From assembly GCA_035454085.1 (NCBI GenBank), contig DAOTEJ010000003.1, forward strand, positions 19,352-83,351: a stretch of 64,000 bases of DNA. Reading direction: 5' to 3'. Below are positions 32,931 through 45,706 of this stretch, in pieces. The position numbers were made by a program, and so were the translations under genes. Numbering within the stretch: position 1 is the first letter of the stretch; each line of letters opens with the position of its first letter. The stretch comes from Burkholderiaceae bacterium. Lineage in GTDB: Bacteria > Pseudomonadota > Gammaproteobacteria > Burkholderiales > Burkholderiaceae_F. The notes beneath the pieces were generated by a model. That model was given only the letters and a program-made list of their open reading frames with translations, searched no databases and had not been told where the DNA came from.

Positions 32931-33577
32931 GCGTTCACCAGGGTCAGCGAGGCGGCGGTCGCGCGATCGAGCGCGACCCGGCCGGACTCGAAGCGCGCGG
33001 CGCCGGCGAGCAGCGCCTCGAGCACGCGCGGGTACAGGCGGTGCTCCTGCTCCAGCACGCGCGCGGCCAGACTGGCCTCGTCGTCGTCGGGCGCCACCGG
33101 CACCACCGCCTGACCCAGGATCGCGCCCGCATCCACCGCTGCCGACACGAAGTGCACCGTGGCCCCGTGCACGCGCACGCCGGCGGCCAGCGCCTGACGG
33201 TGGGTTGCCAGGCCCGGAAACGAGGGCAGCAAGGAAGGATGAATGTTCACGAGCCGGCCCTCGTAGCGCCGCACGAAGGCGGTCGTGAGCACCCGCATGA
33301 AGCCTGCCAGCAGCACCCAGCGTGGTGAGTGCGCGTCGATCCGGGCGGCGAGCGCGTCATCGAAGGCTTCCCGGCCGGCGAAGCTTGTGTGGTCCACGAC
33401 CTCGGTGGGGATGCCCTGCGCCTGCGCCACCGCCAGGCCACCGGCTTGCGGGCGGTTGCTGATCACCGCCGCGACGCGTGCGTCATGCCGGTCCGTCCAG
33501 GCCTCGCGACGCGCGGCAGCCAGGATCGCGTCGAGGTTGCTGCCGCGCCCCGAGATCAGGATGACGATGTTTTGCAT
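32927..33577 (-). CDS. purN: Phosphoribosylglycinamide formyltransferase PurN
   Basis: MQNIVILISGRGSNLDAIL..., NIHPSLLPSFPG. Confidence 0.93.
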   Translation of the reverse strand: MQNIVILISGRGSNLDAILAAARREAWTDRHDARVAAVISNRPQAGGLAVAQAQGIPTEVVDHTSFAGREAFDDALAARIDAHSPRWVLLAGFMRVLTTAFVRRYEGRLVNIHPSLLPSFPGLATHRQALAAGVRVHGATVHFVSAAVDAGAILGQAVVPVAPDDDEASLAARVLEQEHRLYPRVLEALLAGAARFESGRVALDRATAASLTLVNA

Positions 33578-33654
33578 CGGCCGATTCTAGCCGTGGGCCC
33601 GCGCCGCGCCGCGCGCGGCGGTGCCGCCGGGGCAGGGGCTGCCGGGTGGCCACC

Positions 33655-33660
33655 TATAAT
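33655..33660 (+). promoter_or_regulatory. Candidate -10 box for ribF
   Basis: Perfect TATAAT 39 nt upstream of the ribF ATG. No convincing -35 found. Confidence 0.3.
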
Positions 33661-33698
33661 TCGCGCCTCTTCGGTCACCGGCCTTTCGCTTGCTCAAC

Positions 33699-34661
33699 AT
33701 GAGGGTCTTCCGCGGCCCGCCACCCGCCGCCGAGCGCGCGCCCTGCGCGCTCACGATCGGCAACTTCGACGGCGTCCATCGCGGCCACCGAGCCCTGCTC
33801 GGCCGCGTGGTCGAGGCCGCGCGCGCCCGCGGGTTGCTGGCTGCGGCCATGACCTTCGAGCCGCATCCGCGCGAGTTCTTCACGCCGCAGGCCGCTCCCG
33901 CGCGCGTGGCCAACATCCGCGACAAGCTGCAGGCACTGGCGGCGACGGGACTGGATCGCGTCTTCGTGCAACCCTTCAACCGGCGCTTCGCGGGCTTGAG
34001 CGCGGAGCAGTTCGTCGAGCAGGTGCTGATCGAAGCCTGCCAGGCGCGCTGGCTGATGGTGGGGCATGACTTTCGCTTTGGCGCGCGGCGCGCGGGCGAC
34101 ATCGGCCTGCTGCAGGCCTACGCCGAGCGCGGAGCCTTCGAGGTGCACGAACTGCCGGTGGTGGCCGACGGCGCCGAGCGCGTCTCGAGCTCGGCGGTGC
34201 GTGCCGCGCTGGCCGCGGGCGAGCTCGACCGCGCGGCGCAGTTGCTCGGCCACGGCTACACCATCAGCGGCCGCGTCCTGCACGGCGCCAAGCTCGGACG
34301 CAGCATCGGCTTTCCCACGCTCAACCTGCGCGTGGCGGGCGACCGCTCGGGCGGCCGCCCTGCCCTGCAAGGCGTCTACACCGTGCGCGTGCACGGGCTG
34401 GGCCCCGCCCCGCTGCCCGGCGTGGCGAGCCTGGGCCTGCGCCCCACGGTCAACGCCGACGGGCGCTGGCTGCTCGAGGTGCATCTGTTCGACTTTGCCG
34501 ATCAGGTCTACGGCCGGCTGGTGCGCGTGGAGTTCGTCCACAAACTGCGCGACGAAGAGCGCTACGACACGCTGGACGAACTGGTCGCCGCCATCACGCG
34601 CGACGCCGAGCGCGCCCGGGCGCTGCTCGAGGTGCCCGGCACCGTGCCTGCACCGCCCTGA
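33699..34661 (+). CDS. ribF: Bifunctional riboflavin kinase / FAD synthetase RibF
   Basis: ATG 33699 (the track starts at TTG 33690). [23 protein letters not shown]. Confidence 0.92.
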   Translation: MRVFRGPPPAAERAPCALTIGNFDGVHRGHRALLGRVVEAARARGLLAAAMTFEPHPREFFTPQAAPARVANIRDKLQALAATGLDRVFVQPFNRRFAGLSAEQFVEQVLIEACQARWLMVGHDFRFGARRAGDIGLLQAYAERGAFEVHELPVVADGAERVSSSAVRAALAAGELDRAAQLLGHGYTISGRVLHGAKLGRSIGFPTLNLRVAGDRSGGRPALQGVYTVRVHGLGPAPLPGVASLGLRPTVNADGRWLLEVHLFDFADQVYGRLVRVEFVHKLRDEERYDTLDELVAAITRDAERARALLEVPGTVPAPP

Positions 34662-34728
34662 GAACACCGACAAATCCGCCCTTCACACCCCACCCTTGAA
34701 GAGCCCGAGGGGGCCAAGGAGAACCACG

Positions 34729-37611
34729 ATGGCTGAAGCCAAGAAGCCGCCGGCGCCCGGCGCCGACGACGCCCGCAAGTACCCGCTCAATCTGCCGGAC
34801 ACGCCCTTTCCGATGCGCGGCGATCTGCCCAAGCGCGAGCCGGGCTGGGTCCGGCAGTGGGAGCAGAACCAGGTCTACGCGGCAATCCGCGCCGCGCGCG
34901 CCGCGGCACCGAAGTTCATCCTGCACGACGGCCCGCCCTACGCCAACAGCGAGATCCACCTCGGCACGGCGGTGAACAAGATCCTCAAGGACATGGTGGT
35001 GAAGTCGCGCTCGCTGGCGGGCTTCGACGCCGTGTACGTGCCGGGCTGGGACTGCCACGGCATGCCCATCGAGATCCATATCGAGAAGAAGTTCGGCAAG
35101 GGCCTGCCCCGCGCCGAGGTCCAGGCCAAGGCGCGCGCTCACGCCACCGAGCAGATCGCGTTGCAGATGGCGGGCTTCAAGCGCCTGGGCGTGCTGGGCG
35201 ACTGGGACGACCCCTACCGCACCATGACCTTCAAGACCGAGGCGGACGAGATCCGCACGCTCGGGCGGATGATGGAGCGCGGCTTCGTCTACCGCGGGCT
35301 CAAGCCCGTGAACTGGTGCTTCGACTGCGGCTCGGCCCTGGCCGAGGCCGAGGTCGAGTATCAGGACAAGAAGAGCCCGGTGATCGACGTGGCCTTCCTG
35401 CTCGATGCGGCCGACGCCGCCCGCGTGGCCGAGACCTTTGGCCTGACCGAGCTGGCCAAGCCCACCTACACCGCGATCTGGACCACCACGCCCTGGACCA
35501 TCCCCGCCAACCAGGCACTGAACATGCACCCGGAGCTGGTGTATGCGCTGGTCGACGCGGGCGAGCGCTACCTGATCCTGGCCGAGACCCTGGTCGAGTC
35601 CTGCCTGGAGCGCTACGGCCTGAGGGGCAGGATCGTCGCCACCGCCACCGGTGACAACTTCGAGCGCGTGCGCTTTCGCCATCCGCTCGAGGCGCTTGAT
35701 CCGGGCTACGCGCGCGCCGCGCCCGTCTACCTCGCGCAGTACGTGGATGCGAGCGCCGGTACCGGCATCGTGCATTCGGCCCCGGCCTACGGCGTGGACG
35801 ACTTCGTCTCGTGCAAGGCCAACGGCATGAGCAACGACGAGATCCTCAACCCGGTGCAGGGCGACGGGATCTACGCCGCCACCCTGCCGCTGTTCGGCGG
35901 GCTGAAGATCTGGGACGCGAATCCCAAGATCGTCGACGCCCTGCGCGTGGCCGGGCATCTGCTGCACGGCGGCCAGCAGACCCACAGCTACATGCACTGC
36001 TGGCGCCACAAGACACCGCTGATCTACCGCGCCACCAGCCAGTGGTTCGTGCGCATGGACGGGCCCACGGCCGACACCACCGGCGTGATGCAGACCGAGA
36101 CGGTGGGCGAGACCCTGCGCCACACCGCGCTGCATGCCATCGAGGCCACCGCCTTCTATCCGGCCTGGGGCAAGGCGCGGCTGCACGGCATGATCGCCAA
36201 CCGGCCCGACTGGTGCATCTCGCGCCAGCGCAATTGGGGCGTGCCGCTGCCGTTTTTCTTGAGGAAGAGCGACGGCAGCCTGCACCCGCGCACCATGGAG
36301 CTGCTCGAAGCCGCCGCGCAGAAGGTGGAGCAAGGCGGCATCGAAGCCTGGTCCAGGGCCAGCGTGGCCGACTTCCTGCCGGCCGAAGAGGCCGCGGAGT
36401 ACGACAAGAGCAACGACATCCTCGACGTGTGGTTCGACTCGGGCAGCACGCACCGCACGGTGATGCGCGGCTCGCACGCCGCGCAGCTCGCCTACCCCGC
36501 CGACCTGTATCTGGAGGGCTCGGACCAGCACCGCGGCTGGTTCCACTCCAGCCTGCTCACCGGAGCCGCGATCGACGGGCGCGCGCCCTACAAGGCGCTG
36601 CTCACGCACGGCTTCGTGGTCGACGCGCAGGGCCGCAAGATGAGCAAGTCGCTGGGCAACGGCATCGACCCGCGCGAACTGGCCGACAAGATGGGCGCCG
36701 AGATCATGCGCCTGTGGGTGGCGGCCACCGACTACTCGGGCGAGATGTCGATCGGCGACGAGATCCTCAAGCGCGTGGTCGAGGGCTACCGCCGCCTGCG
36801 CAACACCCTGCGCTTCCTGCTCGCCAACACCAGCGACTTCGATCCGGCGCGCGACGCCGTGCCGGTGGAGCGGATGCTCGAGCTCGACCGCTGGGTGCTT
36901 GCGCGCACGGCCGAGCTGCAGGCCGAGGTGCTGCGGCACTACGAGGTCTACGAGTTCCATCCGGTGGTGGCCAAGCTGCAGACCTTCGCTTCCGAGGACC
37001 TGGGCGGCTTCTACCTCGACGTCATCAAGGATCGGCTCTACACCACGGGCGCGGGCTCGCTGGCGCGCCGCTCAGCGCAGACCGCTCTGTGGCACGTCAC
37101 CACCAGCCTGCTGCGGCTGATGGCGCCGTTCCTGAGCTTCACGGCCGAGGAGGCCTACGCGATCTTCAGCCCCGGGCGACCCACCATCTTCACCGAGACC
37201 TGGCACGAGCTGCCCGGCGTGGCCGGCCACGAGGCCCTGCTCGCCCGCTGGGCGCAGATCCGCGCGCTGCGCGCCGAAGTGCTCAAGCAGATCGAGGCGC
37301 AACGCGAAGGCGGCAGGATCGGCTCGAGCCTGCAGGCCGAGGTCGACCTCACGCTGCACGGCGAGCGCCACGCCGCGCTCGCTGCCCTGGGCGACGAACT
37401 GCGCTTCGTGCTCATCACCAGCCGCGCCACGCTGCACGCCGCCGCCAGCCCCGAGGAGGAGAGCATCGTGGCGAGCCCCAGCGGCCACGCCAAGTGCGGC
37501 CGCTGCTGGCACTACGTGGACGACGTCGGCGCGAATGCCGAGCACCCCACGCTGTGCGCACGCTGCGTGAGCAACCTGTATGGCGCGGGCGAGACCCGCG
37601 CGGTGGCCTGA
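34729..37611 (+). CDS. ileS: Isoleucine--tRNA ligase IleS
   Basis: In-frame ATG 34729 within fused track ORF 34066..37611 (AAGGAGA SD). [16 protein letters not shown] (HIGH-type), KMSKSLGN, C-terminal zinc motif CGRCWHY...CARC. Confidence 0.97.
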   Translation: MAEAKKPPAPGADDARKYPLNLPDTPFPMRGDLPKREPGWVRQWEQNQVYAAIRAARAAAPKFILHDGPPYANSEIHLGTAVNKILKDMVVKSRSLAGFDAVYVPGWDCHGMPIEIHIEKKFGKGLPRAEVQAKARAHATEQIALQMAGFKRLGVLGDWDDPYRTMTFKTEADEIRTLGRMMERGFVYRGLKPVNWCFDCGSALAEAEVEYQDKKSPVIDVAFLLDAADAARVAETFGLTELAKPTYTAIWTTTPWTIPANQALNMHPELVYALVDAGERYLILAETLVESCLERYGLRGRIVATATGDNFERVRFRHPLEALDPGYARAAPVYLAQYVDASAGTGIVHSAPAYGVDDFVSCKANGMSNDEILNPVQGDGIYAATLPLFGGLKIWDANPKIVDALRVAGHLLHGGQQTHSYMHCWRHKTPLIYRATSQWFVRMDGPTADTTGVMQTETVGETLRHTALHAIEATAFYPAWGKARLHGMIANRPDWCISRQRNWGVPLPFFLRKSDGSLHPRTMELLEAAAQKVEQGGIEAWSRASVADFLPAEEAAEYDKSNDILDVWFDSGSTHRTVMRGSHAAQLAYPADLYLEGSDQHRGWFHSSLLTGAAIDGRAPYKALLTHGFVVDAQGRKMSKSLGNGIDPRELADKMGAEIMRLWVAATDYSGEMSIGDEILKRVVEGYRRLRNTLRFLLANTSDFDPARDAVPVERMLELDRWVLARTAELQAEVLRHYEVYEFHPVVAKLQTFASEDLGGFYLDVIKDRLYTTGAGSLARRSAQTALWHVTTSLLRLMAPFLSFTAEEAYAIFSPGRPTIFTETWHELPGVAGHEALLARWAQIRALRAEVLKQIEAQREGGRIGSSLQAEVDLTLHGERHAALAALGDELRFVLITSRATLHAAASPEEESIVASPSGHAKCGRCWHYVDDVGANAEHPTLCARCVSNLYGAGETRAVA

Positions 37612-38132
37612 TGGCCTCGCGCCCGGCCCCGTCGCGCGCGCGACGCGCGGGCGGCACCTGGCAGCGGCTCGCGCCGTGGCTGCTGCTCGCGGCCCTGGTG
37701 CTGGTGGTCGACCAGCTCACCAAGATCGTGATCGAACGACGCTTCGACTACGGCGACGTGCAGCCCGTCACCTCCTTCTTCAACCTCGTGCTCACCTACA
37801 ACAAGGGCGCGGCCTTCTCTTTCCTGGCCGGCGCGAGCGGCTGGCAGCGGCACTTCTTCACGATCCTGGGCCTGGGGGCCTCGGCCTTCATCGTCTACCT
37901 GCTCGCGCGCCACGGCGCGCAGAAGCTCTTCTCGACGGCGCTGGCGCTGATCATGGGCGGCGCGCTGGGCAACGTGATCGACCGCGTGGCCTACGGCCAC
38001 GTGATCGACTTTCTGGACTTCCACTGGGGCGGCTGGCACTGGCCGGCCTTCAACGTGGCCGATTCGGCGATCGTGCTCGGTGCCGTGTTGCTGGTGCTCG
38101 ACGAACTGCTGCGCGTGCGCAAGTCGGGCTAA
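37611..38132 (+). CDS. lspA: Lipoprotein signal peptidase LspA
   Basis: ATG 37611 overlaps the ileS stop (TGATG). [28 protein letters not shown]. Confidence 0.93.
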   Translation: MASRPAPSRARRAGGTWQRLAPWLLLAALVLVVDQLTKIVIERRFDYGDVQPVTSFFNLVLTYNKGAAFSFLAGASGWQRHFFTILGLGASAFIVYLLARHGAQKLFSTALALIMGGALGNVIDRVAYGHVIDFLDFHWGGWHWPAFNVADSAIVLGAVLLVLDELLRVRKSG

Positions 38133-38142
38133 GCTCGCCGCC

Positions 38143-39360
38143 ATGGAACTCGCCGGCAAGTCCGTCCTCCTCGGCATGACCGGGGGCATCGCGGCCTACA
38201 AGGTCTGCGAGCTCGTGCGCCGCCTGCGCGACGAAGGCGCCGCCGTGCAGGTGGTGATGAGCACCAATGCGCAGCACTTCGTCACCGCCACCACGATGCA
38301 GGCGCTCTCGGGCCGGCCGGTGGCCACCGACCAGTGGGGAGCGCAGGGCGCGCGCGTGCCCAACGCCATGCCGCATATCGACCTGGCGCGCGAGGCCGAC
38401 CTGATGCTGGTGGCCCCGGCGAGCGCGAACTTTCTCGCCAAGACCGCGCACGGCCTGGCCGACGACCTGCTCGGCACCCTGGTGCTGGCGCGCAATTGCC
38501 CGCTGCTGGTGGCGCCGGCGATGAACGTCGAGATGTGGACCGCGCCCGCCACCCAGCGCAACGCGGCGCAACTCGTGGCCGACGGCGTGGTGATCCTGGG
38601 GCCTGCGGCCGGCGCCCAGGCCTGCGGCGAGGTGGGCGGCGGGCGCATGCTCGAGCCCGACCAGCTCCTGGCCGAGATCGTCGCCCACTTCCAGCCCAAG
38701 CTGCTCGCGGGGCGACGCGTGCTGATCACTGCCGGCCCGACCTTCGAACCGATCGACCCGGTGCGCGGCATCACCAATCTCTCGTCAGGCAAGCAAGGCT
38801 ACGCGCTGGCGCGCGCCGCGCGCGAGGCCGGCGCCGTGGTGGTGCTGGTCTCCGGACCCACGGCCCTGCCAGCGCCCCACGGCGTGCGGCGCGTGGCGGT
38901 CGGCTCGGCGCGCGAGATGATGGCCGCCGTCGACGCGGAGTTGCCGGGGGCGGACGCCTTCGTGGCGGTGGCCGCCGTGGCCGACTGGCACGTGACCAAT
39001 GCAAGCAGCACCAAGCTCAAGAAGGCCAAGGGCGCGCCGCCGCCGGCGCTCGAGTTCGCGCCCAACCCCGACATCCTCGCCGCGGTGGCCGCGCGCCCCG
39101 ATGCGCCCTACTGCGTGGGCTTCGCGGCCGAGAGCGACGCGGTGCTTGAGCACGCGCGCGCCAAGCGGCTGGCCAAGGGCATCCCGCTGATCGTGGCCAA
39201 CCGCGCCCAGGACGCGCTGGGCGCCGACCAGACCGAACTGACCCTGATCGACGCGGCGGGCGAAACCCGCCTGCCCGCGGCGAGCAAGCTCGCGCAGGCG
39301 CGCCGCCTGGTGGCCGAGATCGCGCGCCGCCTCGATGCGCACTCGCCACGACGCGCCTGA
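38143..39360 (+). CDS. coaBC: Bifunctional phosphopantothenoylcysteine decarboxylase/synthetase CoaBC
   Basis: Track ORF trimmed to ATG 38143: [48 protein letters not shown]. Confidence 0.93.
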   Translation: MELAGKSVLLGMTGGIAAYKVCELVRRLRDEGAAVQVVMSTNAQHFVTATTMQALSGRPVATDQWGAQGARVPNAMPHIDLAREADLMLVAPASANFLAKTAHGLADDLLGTLVLARNCPLLVAPAMNVEMWTAPATQRNAAQLVADGVVILGPAAGAQACGEVGGGRMLEPDQLLAEIVAHFQPKLLAGRRVLITAGPTFEPIDPVRGITNLSSGKQGYALARAAREAGAVVVLVSGPTALPAPHGVRRVAVGSAREMMAAVDAELPGADAFVAVAAVADWHVTNASSTKLKKAKGAPPPALEFAPNPDILAAVAARPDAPYCVGFAAESDAVLEHARAKRLAKGIPLIVANRAQDALGADQTELTLIDAAGETRLPAASKLAQARRLVAEIARRLDAHSPRRA

Positions 39361-39366
39361 ACCGCC

Positions 39367-39846
39367 ATGAGCCTCGATCCCAAGGAACCACCGGGCGGCG
39401 ACTTCGTGGCCTACATCGACCAGTTGCTGCGCGCCCAGGCGGTGAGGCAGGCAAAGCCCGTGGTCGCGCAAGCCGTCGGTCCGGCCGTGCCGGCGCCAGG
39501 CAGTGGCGGGCACGCCGCCAAGCTCACTGCCGCGCAGGCCGAGGCCGTGGCCAAGGCCCTGTTGCAGCAGCCGCAAGGCATGGGGCACGCGCGCGTGCCT
39601 TCGGCAAGCTCCAGCGGCTCCGGCGGCCCGGCACCGGCTCTCACGGCAGAGCAGGCGCAGCAGTTGCTCTCTCGGCTCAACGCCGGAGGTCAGGCCGGCC
39701 CGTCGCTGGTGGCCATCGTCGTGGGCATCGGCCTGATCATCGGCGGCGGCGCGATGAATGCCGGGCCGCTGCCCTTCTTGCTCGGTGTCGCCGCCGTCGT
39801 CTGGGGCGCAAGACGCCTGGAACGCCTCAAGAAGTCCCGGCCATGA
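39367..39846 (+). CDS. Hypothetical small membrane protein (internal repeat, C-terminal TM hairpin)
   Basis: 159-aa ORF with high GC3. Its stop overlaps the dut ATG (ATGA). No family recognised. Repeat [14 protein letters not shown] / [13 protein letters not shown]. Hydrophobic C-terminus [15 protein letters not shown]...[11 protein letters not shown]. Confidence 0.62.
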   Translation: MSLDPKEPPGGDFVAYIDQLLRAQAVRQAKPVVAQAVGPAVPAPGSGGHAAKLTAAQAEAVAKALLQQPQGMGHARVPSASSSGSGGPAPALTAEQAQQLLSRLNAGGQAGPSLVAIVVGIGLIIGGGAMNAGPLPFLLGVAAVVWGARRLERLKKSRP

Positions 39847-40289
39847 AGATCGAAGTGAAGATTCTCGACGCGCGCCTGCGTGACGCGCCCCCGCACTACG
39901 CCACCCCCGGGGCTGCGGGACTCGACCTGCGCGCCTGCCTCGATGCGCCGCTCGAACTGGCCCCGGGTCAGACCGTGTTGATCAAGACCGGCATGGCCAT
40001 CCACCTCGCCGACCCCGGCTTTGCCGCGATGATCCTGCCGCGCTCGGGCCTGGGCCACAAGCACGGCATCGTGCTGGGCAACCTGGTCGGCCTGATCGAC
40101 TCGGACTACCAGGGCGAGCTCATGGTGTCGACCTGGAACCGCGGGGCAAGCGCCTTCACCATCGCGCCCCTGGAACGCATCGCGCAGCTGGTGATCGTGC
40201 CCGTGGTGCAGGCGCGCTTCGAGCTCGTCGATGAGTTCCCCGCGAGTGCACGCGGCGCCGGGGGCTTCGGCTCGACCGGCACGCGCTGA
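39843..40289 (+). CDS. dut: dUTP diphosphatase Dut
   Basis: [45 protein letters not shown]. Confidence 0.95.
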   Translation: MKIEVKILDARLRDAPPHYATPGAAGLDLRACLDAPLELAPGQTVLIKTGMAIHLADPGFAAMILPRSGLGHKHGIVLGNLVGLIDSDYQGELMVSTWNRGASAFTIAPLERIAQLVIVPVVQARFELVDEFPASARGAGGFGSTGTR

Positions 40290-40380
40290 GCGCTCCGCCC
40301 GAGGCGGGCGGCCCACCCTTCCACCGCGCAGCCCGCCGGCCGCGCCCCTCCTCCACCGCCTCCAGCGCGCCGCTTGCCGC

Positions 40381-41019
40381 ATGCCCCACGATCCCGAGTC
40401 CCTGCCCATCGATCCGATTCCGCCGGCGCGCGGGCCGCTCGCGGCCTTCGCGCGGACGCTGCTCAGGCTGGCGGGCTGGAAGGTCGAGTTCCCCGGCCTG
40501 CCCGGCACGCACGGCATCGTGATCGTGTACCCGCACACCTCCAATTGGGACTTCGTGGTGGGCCTGCTCGCCAAGTGGAGCGTGAACGTGCCCTTCAGCT
40601 TCGTGGGCAAGGAGTCGCTGTTCCGGGGACTCACGGGGGCGACGCTGGGCCGCCTGATGCGCGCCTGGGGCGGCATGCCGGTCGACCGCCACGGCGCCAG
40701 TGGCGCGGTGGAACAGATTGCCGCCACGATGCAAAGCCGGCCCTGGTGCTGGCTGGGCATCTCGCCCGAGGGCACGCGCGCCTACCGCGACACGCTGCGC
40801 TCGGGCTTTTACTTCCTGGCGCTGCGCCTGGACCTGCCGGTGGGGCTGGGCTACATCGACTTCGCCACGCGGCGGATCGGCTGCACGCGCTTTGTGCGCA
40901 TGAGCGGCGACCGGAGCCGCGACCTCGCCATGCTGCGCGACGCCTACCGCGCAAGCATCGGCAAGCGACCCGAGCAGGCCAGTCGCATCGCCTTCCGCGA
41001 CGACCTCGACGGCGGCTGA
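40381..41019 (+). CDS. Lysophospholipid/1-acyl-glycerol-3-phosphate acyltransferase family protein
   Basis: Track ORF 40231..41019 trimmed to ATG 40381. HX4D motif HTSNWD, then SPEGTR. Confidence 0.78.
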   Translation: MPHDPESLPIDPIPPARGPLAAFARTLLRLAGWKVEFPGLPGTHGIVIVYPHTSNWDFVVGLLAKWSVNVPFSFVGKESLFRGLTGATLGRLMRAWGGMPVDRHGASGAVEQIAATMQSRPWCWLGISPEGTRAYRDTLRSGFYFLALRLDLPVGLGYIDFATRRIGCTRFVRMSGDRSRDLAMLRDAYRASIGKRPEQASRIAFRDDLDGG

Positions 41020-41052
41020 GGGCCGGCACAGAATCCGCCGGCCGAAACGCCA

Positions 41053-41072
41053 GCGGGGCCCGAAGGCCCCGC
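41053..41072. terminator. GC hairpin between the convergent acyltransferase and fccB genes (possible terminator, no clear U-tract)
   Basis: GCGGGGCC-cgaa-GGCCCCGC. A second hairpin GCGGCC-gtg-GGCCGC lies at 41085-41099. Confidence 0.4.
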
Positions 41073-41107
41073 CGACTTGAAGCCGCGGCCGTGGGCCGCG
41101 CTGCACA

Positions 41108-42400
41108 TCAGGCGAGCATGTCGGCCCAGACGGTCTGAGCCCAGCCAAAGGCGTACTGCCCCTCGAGCATCCAGCTCGCGCGGTCCTGGCTCGAGATTCC
41201 CCCCGCGCCCGCCACCGGCTCCATGGTCTTTTTCGCCTGCGAGTACTGGTGCACGCTGCACACGTGAACGGCGGCGCTCTCGTTGACGAAGCTGTAGCAG
41301 GTGTTGGCCATGGTGGGCGCGAGCACCGTGCGGCCGCTGAGGATCTCGACGATCGCCGCAGCCGCCGCCTTGCCGTGCTGGTTGGCCATGTGGCCCGACT
41401 TCGGCATGGTGGGCGCCGGGAAGGTGGCGTCCCCCAGCACGTGCACGCCGGGGACCTTGGTGGACTCCATGGTCATCCAGTTCACGTCGCACCAGCGGTC
41501 GTTGGTGGTGATCAGACCTGCCTGGCGTGCGATGTCAGCCGCGCGCTGCGGCGGAATCAGGTTGAGCACCTGACCCGAGACCTTGTCGCCGATCTCGGTG
41601 ACGAAGGTGCGCGTCTTGAGATCGACCTCGGTGACGGGTGCGCCGACGCGGTAGTCGATGATGCCCTTGTAGTCCTCGTTGAACACGCGCGTGAACAGCG
41701 GCTTCTTCGAGACCATGTCGGGATTGCCGTCGAGCACGATCAGCTTGCTCTTGGGCTTGTTGTTCTTCAGGTACCACGCGATCTGGCAGGCACGCTCGTA
41801 GGGGCCGGGCGGGCAGCGGTAGGGCGCGCCCGGAATGGACATCACCACCACCCCGCCGTCGGGCATGTCGACCAGCTGCTTGCGCAGCGCCACGGTCTGG
41901 GGGCCGGCCTTCCAACCGTGCAGGATCGCCGCCTGGGCGGCGGGCGTCATGCCCGCCACGCGCTCGTACATGAAGTCGATACCGGGCGACACGATCAGGC
42001 GGTCATAAGGGAGCGTGCTGCCGCCCGCGAGCCGCACTTCCTTCTTGGCCGCGTCGATCGCGGTGACCGTGTCGCGCACGCGCTTGACGCCGTACTTGTC
42101 CAGGCCGGCGTAGCTGATGGTGATGTCGGCCATGGTCTTGCTGCCACCGATCACGAGGTTCGAGATCGGGCAGGACACGAAGGCCTCGGCCGGGTCGACC
42201 AGGGTGACCTCGATCGTTCCGTTGGACCAGACGCGCAGGTACTTTGCGGCGGTGGTGCCGCCCCAGCCTGCGCCGACCACCACCACCTTGCCGATGGTCT
42301 TGGAGTCCTGGAGCGAGGCGCAGGCACCGAGGGTGCCGATGGCGCCGGTGGCGGCGGCGAGCTTGAGCAGTTCGCGGCGAGTAAACAGGGTCTGACTCAT
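41108..42400 (-). CDS. fccB: Flavocytochrome c sulfide dehydrogenase flavoprotein subunit (FccB/SoxF-like)
   Basis: Tat signal MSQTLFTRRELLKLAAATGAIGTLGACA. FAD fold VVVVGAGWGGTTAAKYL. FCSD-like body. Confidence 0.86.
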   Translation of the reverse strand: MSQTLFTRRELLKLAAATGAIGTLGACASLQDSKTIGKVVVVGAGWGGTTAAKYLRVWSNGTIEVTLVDPAEAFVSCPISNLVIGGSKTMADITISYAGLDKYGVKRVRDTVTAIDAAKKEVRLAGGSTLPYDRLIVSPGIDFMYERVAGMTPAAQAAILHGWKAGPQTVALRKQLVDMPDGGVVVMSIPGAPYRCPPGPYERACQIAWYLKNNKPKSKLIVLDGNPDMVSKKPLFTRVFNEDYKGIIDYRVGAPVTEVDLKTRTFVTEIGDKVSGQVLNLIPPQRAADIARQAGLITTNDRWCDVNWMTMESTKVPGVHVLGDATFPAPTMPKSGHMANQHGKAAAAAIVEILSGRTVLAPTMANTCYSFVNESAAVHVCSVHQYSQAKKTMEPVAGAGGISSQDRASWMLEGQYAFGWAQTVWADMLA

Positions 42401-42408
42401 GGCTGACC

Positions 42409-42738
42409 TCAGCGAGCCGCCGGCTGGCGCGAGAAGAAATCGGCGGCCAGCTCGATCTGCTGGTCGGTGTAGCCCTTGGCGAGCTGCGGCATGATCGTCC
42501 CGGGACGCTTGCCGTCACGGAAGGCCTTCATCTGCTCGACGATCGTGGCCTTGGGCAGTCCGGCGAGGCTGGGCATCGCGCCCTTGGCCTGTCCCGTGGT
42601 GCCGTGGCAGTTGGCGCAGTTGGCGGCCAGATACTGGGCCGCGCGCGCGGCCTCGGGCGTCGGCGCCTGGGCTGCGGCCCACGCGGGCAGCAGCGCCGCG
42701 CAGGCGGCGGCGCAGGCCACCGTGATCGTGACTCTCAT
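42409..42738 (-). CDS. Monoheme c-type cytochrome (FccA/SoxE-like partner)
   Basis: Track ORF trimmed to ATG 42738 (GGAGGAGACA SD). Signal peptide plus CANCHG haem-binding motif. Lies 8 nt upstream of fccB. Confidence 0.85.
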   Translation of the reverse strand: MRVTITVACAAACAALLPAWAAAQAPTPEAARAAQYLAANCANCHGTTGQAKGAMPSLAGLPKATIVEQMKAFRDGKRPGTIMPQLAKGYTDQQIELAADFFSRQPAAR

Positions 42739-42802
42739 TTTGTCTCCTCCGGGATGGGCGCAGCCGCCCGGTCGCGGCCGCGTCAGCGCGGATTGTGCCC
42801 CG

Positions 42803-42832
42803 AAAGAAAAGGGCCGCGGTAGTCCGCGGCCC
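42803..42832 (-). terminator. Rho-independent terminator after clpA
   Basis: Minus strand: GGGCCGCGG-acta-CCGCGGCCC followed by TTTTCTT. Confidence 0.7.
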
Positions 42833-42852
42833 ATGAGCTCATGTGAGATCCG

Positions 42853-45146
<2,294 letters not shown>

Positions 45147-45150
<4 letters not shown>

Positions 45151-45455
45151 GCTTCCTCCATCACGCACTGCAGGGGGTGCTGGTGCTGGCGCGAGAAACT
45201 GCAGACTTGCTCGACCTTGGTGGCCGCAACGTCGCGCGGATAGACCCCGCACACGCCACGACCCTCATGGTGCACCTTGAGCATGATCTGTTCGGCCTGT
45301 TCGAGGCCCTTGCCGAAGAATCGTTGCAGGACCGCAACCACGAACGCCATCGGCGTGTAGTCGTCATTGAGCAGCACCACCTGATACATGGGTGGCGGCT
45401 TGACCCGAGCCAACTGCTTCTCGGCTACGACGCCGTCTCCGACCCGTTCGCTCAT
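45147..45455 (-). CDS. clpS: ATP-dependent Clp protease adapter ClpS
   Basis: [29 protein letters not shown]... Confidence 0.93.
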
Positions 45456-45676
45456 CTGCCTGTGCCCGCTCGCAACCGCCCGTCTCTGTCACGGTCGATC
45501 CAATCATAAGGTAAGCATCGCGCTCGCCGCGCCCGGCCCCGCGACTGCAGCGCCCCGCGCGAATCACTTATCGCCAATCTGGCACGAATCGGCGTCGATT
45601 CAAGCCTTCAACCCGTAGGGTGTTGCGCGCATGCCCGCCCGCCCCGCCAATCCGCGAGCCCGTGCGGGGGCGATTC

Positions 45677-45706
45677 TTGACTTGGCTGCGCGTTTCCCCG
45701 AACAAT
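45677..45706 (+). promoter_or_regulatory. Candidate cspA promoter (long 5' UTR)
   Basis: TTGACT (45677-45682), 18-nt spacer, AACAAT (45701-45706). It would give a leader of roughly 130 nt, in line with the long leaders known for cspA-type genes. Confidence 0.3.

Noticed and set aside
33578-33698. FMN riboswitch upstream of ribF
   Set aside because: The spacer is only 121 nt and is shared with divergent purN. I could not find the conserved FMN-element core. ribF is not a usual FMN-riboswitch target.
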